The position numbers and the translations under genes are program-made. This document shows positions 46,408-49,418 of a stretch of DNA of 49,418 nucleotides, one piece after another. Location of the stretch: contig CAMNFJ010000001.1 of NCBI GenBank assembly GCA_946536955.1, forward strand, positions 1-49,418, read 5' to 3'. The DNA is from an uncultured Lachnospiraceae bacterium (GTDB lineage Bacteria > Bacillota > Clostridia > Lachnospirales > Lachnospiraceae). Every line of letters starts with the position of its first letter. Within the stretch, counting starts at the first letter, position 1. The notes below the pieces were generated by a model. The model ran no database searches, was not told the origin of the DNA, and worked only from the letters and a program-made list of their open reading frames with translations.

Positions 46408-48108
46408 TCAGTGCTTATGATAATGGACGTGGAGCAGCTCATGCACTCTGCCCTTGAGGAGTCCGCCGTAGAGCTGGTCCATGAGCGGGTTGTCCTGAGA
46501 GCGCTTGATGGTGCTGACGCGGTCGGACCTGTAGAGGCCTTCGCCGCGCTTCTCCCTGTGGCGGCGGGAGATGTAGGGCTGGCCGGCGCCGCTGATGCAG
46601 CCGCCGGGGCAGGCCATGACTTCGACCAGGTCGTAGTCGGCCTCGCCGGCTTTGATCTGTTCCATCAGACGGTCGGCGTTGGCCAGGCCGCTGACAACGG
46701 CGATCTTGAGGTCGCGGTCGCCGAAGGGGATGATGGCCTCTTTGACCTCCTCCATGCCGCGGACGCCGGTGTAGGCGATCTGGCGGAGGGTGGTGCGGGA
46801 GTTGTCGTTGGACACCTTGCGGAGGACAGCCTCTGTGACACCGCCGGTGACACCGAAGATGATGGCCGCGCCGGACATGGTGCCGAAGGGCAGGTCGACG
46901 GACTCGGGCTCGAGCTCGTCAAAGACGATGCCGGACTCGTGGATCATGCGGATCAGCTCCTGGGTCGTGATGACGTCGTCGGTAGCGGGTCCGTAGATGG
47001 TCTTGAACTCGTCGCGCTTGCACTCGAACTTCTTGGCGGTGCAGGGCATGAGGGCGACGTGATAGTGTTTTTTCTTGCCTGCGGGGAGGTTCTCGCGGAA
47101 GTGTGCCTTGATGACCGCGGAGAACATGCTCATGGGAGAGCGGCAGGTGGAAACGTGGTCGAGCAGGTCGGGGTGCTTCTTCTCCACGAACTGGACCCAT
47201 GCGGGGCAGCAGGAGGTGAAGAGGGGAAGGGTGCCGCCGTTCTGCAGGCGGTCGACGAACTCGTTGGCCTCTTCGATGACGGTCAGGTCGGCGCCGGTGG
47301 AGGTGTCATAGACCTGGTCAAAGCCCATGCGGTGCAGGGCGGAGACGATGCGGCTCATGGAGTTTTCGCCGGTGTCGAGGCCCATCTCCTTGCCGATGCC
47401 CACGCGGACGGCGGGAGCGATCTCGCAGGTGACGAAGACGTTCGGATCATCCAGCATATCCCAGACCCTGGCTGTGTCGTCGCGGATGGTCAGGGCGCCG
47501 GTCGGACATGCCGCCGCGCACTGGCCGCAGCCGACGCAGAGGGATTCGGACAGGGGCTGGTTGAAGGCTGTGCTGATCGTGGCGTTGGATCCGCGGAAGG
47601 CGAAGTCGATCGCGCCGACGTGCTGGATCTCATTGCACTCGCGGACGCAGTCGCCGCAGAGGATGCACTTGCCGGGATCGCGGATGATGCTGGGAGAGGA
47701 CTCATCCTTCTCAACATCCTGTTTGGTATTGGGGAAGCGGACATCGCCGATACCGAACTGCTTGGCCAGATCCTGGAGCTTGCAGTTGCCGCTGTTGCTG
47801 CAGGACGTGCAGTCGCGGCAGTGCTCGGCGAGCAGGAGCTCAAGGATGTTTTTGCGGTAGCGGCGGATGCGGCCTGTATTGGTCTTGATCCGCATGCCCT
47901 TCTTGGGCAGGGTGGAACATGCCGCCATCAGTCTGCCGCGCTCATCCTCGACCATGCACATGCGGCAGGCGCCGTAGATCGACAGGTCCGAGTGGTAGCA
48001 GAAGACGGGCAGGATGATGCCGGCCTTGCTGATGACTTCGAGGAGGTTGCGCTCATTCTCGATTTCCACCACGACGCCGTCGACGATCATGATATTGTCA
48101 GATTTCAT
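46408..48108 (-). CDS. hydA: [FeFe]-hydrogenase group A catalytic subunit (HydA/HndD-like)
   Basis: H-cluster motifs TSCCPAW, MPCTAKKFE, EVMACPGGCISGAGQP; N-terminal 2Fe-2S, His-ligated 4Fe-4S and two 4Fe-4S motifs. Confidence 0.95.
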   Translation of the reverse strand: MKSDNIMIVDGVVVEIENERNLLEVISKAGIILPVFCYHSDLSIYGACRMCMVEDERGRLMAACSTLPKKGMRIKTNTGRIRRYRKNILELLLAEHCRDCTSCSNSGNCKLQDLAKQFGIGDVRFPNTKQDVEKDESSPSIIRDPGKCILCGDCVRECNEIQHVGAIDFAFRGSNATISTAFNQPLSESLCVGCGQCAAACPTGALTIRDDTARVWDMLDDPNVFVTCEIAPAVRVGIGKEMGLDTGENSMSRIVSALHRMGFDQVYDTSTGADLTVIEEANEFVDRLQNGGTLPLFTSCCPAWVQFVEKKHPDLLDHVSTCRSPMSMFSAVIKAHFRENLPAGKKKHYHVALMPCTAKKFECKRDEFKTIYGPATDDVITTQELIRMIHESGIVFDELEPESVDLPFGTMSGAAIIFGVTGGVTEAVLRKVSNDNSRTTLRQIAYTGVRGMEEVKEAIIPFGDRDLKIAVVSGLANADRLMEQIKAGEADYDLVEVMACPGGCISGAGQPYISRRHREKRGEGLYRSDRVSTIKRSQDNPLMDQLYGGLLKGRVHELLHVHYHKH

Positions 48109-48111
48109 AGG

Positions 48112-49418
48112 TTACGCCTCCTCTCTGATCGCTTTGAAGTTGCAGTTTGCGATACAGGCGCCGCACTTGATGCACTTGTCCTGATCGATGACGTGAGGTT
48201 CCTTGACCTTGCCGCTGATCGCGCCCACAGGGCAGTTGCGCGCACACTTGGTGCAGCCCTTGCAGAGCTCGGGATCGATGTGGAAGCGGCGGAGCTTGGA
48301 ACATACGCCCGCGGGACAGCGCTTGTCATAAATGTGGGCCTCGTACTCCTCGCGGAAGTTCTTGAGCGTGGAGATGACGGGGTTGGGAGCGGACTTGCCC
48401 AGACCGCAGAGGGCGGTGTTGGAGATGGTGTCGGCCAGCTCCTCGAGCAGCTCGATATCGCCGTCGCGGCCCTTGCCGTCGACGATGCGCTCCAGGATCT
48501 CCAGCATGCGCTTGGTGCCTTCGCGGCAGGGGACGCACTTACCGCAGGATTCGTTCTGGGTGAAGCTCATGAAGAAGCGGGCGACCTCGACCATGCAGGT
48601 GTGCTCGTCCATGACGACCAGACCGCCGGAGCCGATCATGGCGCCGACCTTCTTGAGGGAGTCGAAGTCGAGAGGAAGATCCAGGTCCTTTTCGGTCAGA
48701 CATCCGCCAGAGGGACCGCCGATCTGGACGGCCTTGAACTTGGTGCCGCCGCGCATGCCGCCGCCGATGTCAAAGATGACCTCGCGCAGGGTCGTGCCCA
48801 TGGGGACTTCGATCAGGCCGGTGTTCTTGATGGTGCCGGTCAGGGCGAAGGCCTTGGTGCCGGGGCTGTTCTGAGGGCCGATGCTGCGGTACCACTGGGC
48901 GCCGCGGTTGATGATCATGGGGACGTTCGCGTAGGTCTCGACGTTGTTGAGGTTGGTGGGCTTGTCAAACAGGCCGTGCTCGACGGTTCTGGGCGGCTTG
49001 ACGCGGGGCATGCCGCGCTTGCCCTCGATCGAGGCGGTCAGAGCGGAACCTTCGCCGCAGACAAAGGCGCCGGCGCCGCGGTTGATATAAATATGGAATT
49101 TCTTGCCGGAACCCAGGATGTTGTCGCCAAGGATGCCGTACTCTTCGCACTTGCGGATGGCTTCACGCAGACGGTCGACTGCCAGCGGATACTCCGCGCG
49201 GACATAGATATAGCCGATCTCGGAATTGATGGCGATACCGGCGATGATCATGCCCTCGAGCAGGCGGAAGGGGTCGCCTTCCATGACGGACCGGTCCATG
49301 AACGCGCCCGGGTCGCCTTCGTCGCCGTTGCAGACGATGTAGTGAGGATACTCCTTCTGGCGGGCGCAGGATGCCCACTTGTCGCCGGCCGGGAAGCCGC
49401 CGCCCCCGCGTCCGCGGA
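48112..49418 (-). CDS. hydB: NuoF-like diaphorase subunit (HydB/HndC), 5' part outside the window
   Basis: RGRGGGGFP, CNGDEGDPGAFMDR, AGAFVCGEG, NNVET, GGPSGG, ESCGKCVPCREG, C-terminal 2x4Fe-4S. Confidence 0.93.
   Translation of the reverse strand, partial: RGRGGGGFPAGDKWASCARQKEYPHYIVCNGDEGDPGAFMDRSVMEGDPFRLLEGMIIAGIAINSEIGYIYVRAEYPLAVDRLREAIRKCEEYGILGDNILGSGKKFHIYINRGAGAFVCGEGSALTASIEGKRGMPRVKPPRTVEHGLFDKPTNLNNVETYANVPMIINRGAQWYRSIGPQNSPGTKAFALTGTIKNTGLIEVPMGTTLREVIFDIGGGMRGGTKFKAVQIGGPSGGCLTEKDLDLPLDFDSLKKVGAMIGSGGLVVMDEHTCMVEVARFFMSFTQNESCGKCVPCREGTKRMLEILERIVDGKGRDGDIELLEELADTISNTALCGLGKSAPNPVISTLKNFREEYEAHIYDKRCPAGVCSKLRRFHIDPELCKGCTKCARNCPVGAISGKVKEPHVIDQDKCIKCGACIANCNFKAIREEA

Overview
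High-GC chromosomal window from an anaerobic Bacillota (Clostridia, probably Lachnospiraceae-like; inferred from gene content and Shine-Dalgarno style). It is mostly housekeeping DNA. In order: thiamine salvage (thiD, thiW, fused thiE-thiM), a heterodimeric ABC exporter, an mgtC-mgtC-PHP operon, CYTH, DUF1624 and VTT membrane proteins, TetR + large heptad-repeat (YhgE/Pip-like) exported protein + MntP-like gene, pgm, yfhO + three GT2-like genes, murA, FMN riboswitch-ribU, rpiB, tsaE-tsaB-(secreted orphan)-rimI-rnz-tsaD, ispD, dnaE, and the 3' part of a group A3 [FeFe]-hydrogenase operon. No tRNA, rRNA, CRISPR array, integrase or transposase is recognisable. The unusual signal is repeat-driven. 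(1) Two copies of a modular element in which 36-bp palindromes (TCGATA loop) alternate with homologous, covarying three-hairpin modules; each copy supplies the stop codon of the upstream gene. (2) A second GTTAC...GTAAC palindromic family sharing that loop. (3) A 208-bp fold-back MITE with a perfect 8-bp target-site duplication. (4) A duplicated promoter bracketing the lower-GC yfhO gene. (5) Recurrent in-frame tandem-duplication inserts in conserved enzymes (DnaE, RimI, ThiM domain and others). All calls were made by eye without database searches; start codons were adjusted using RBS context.
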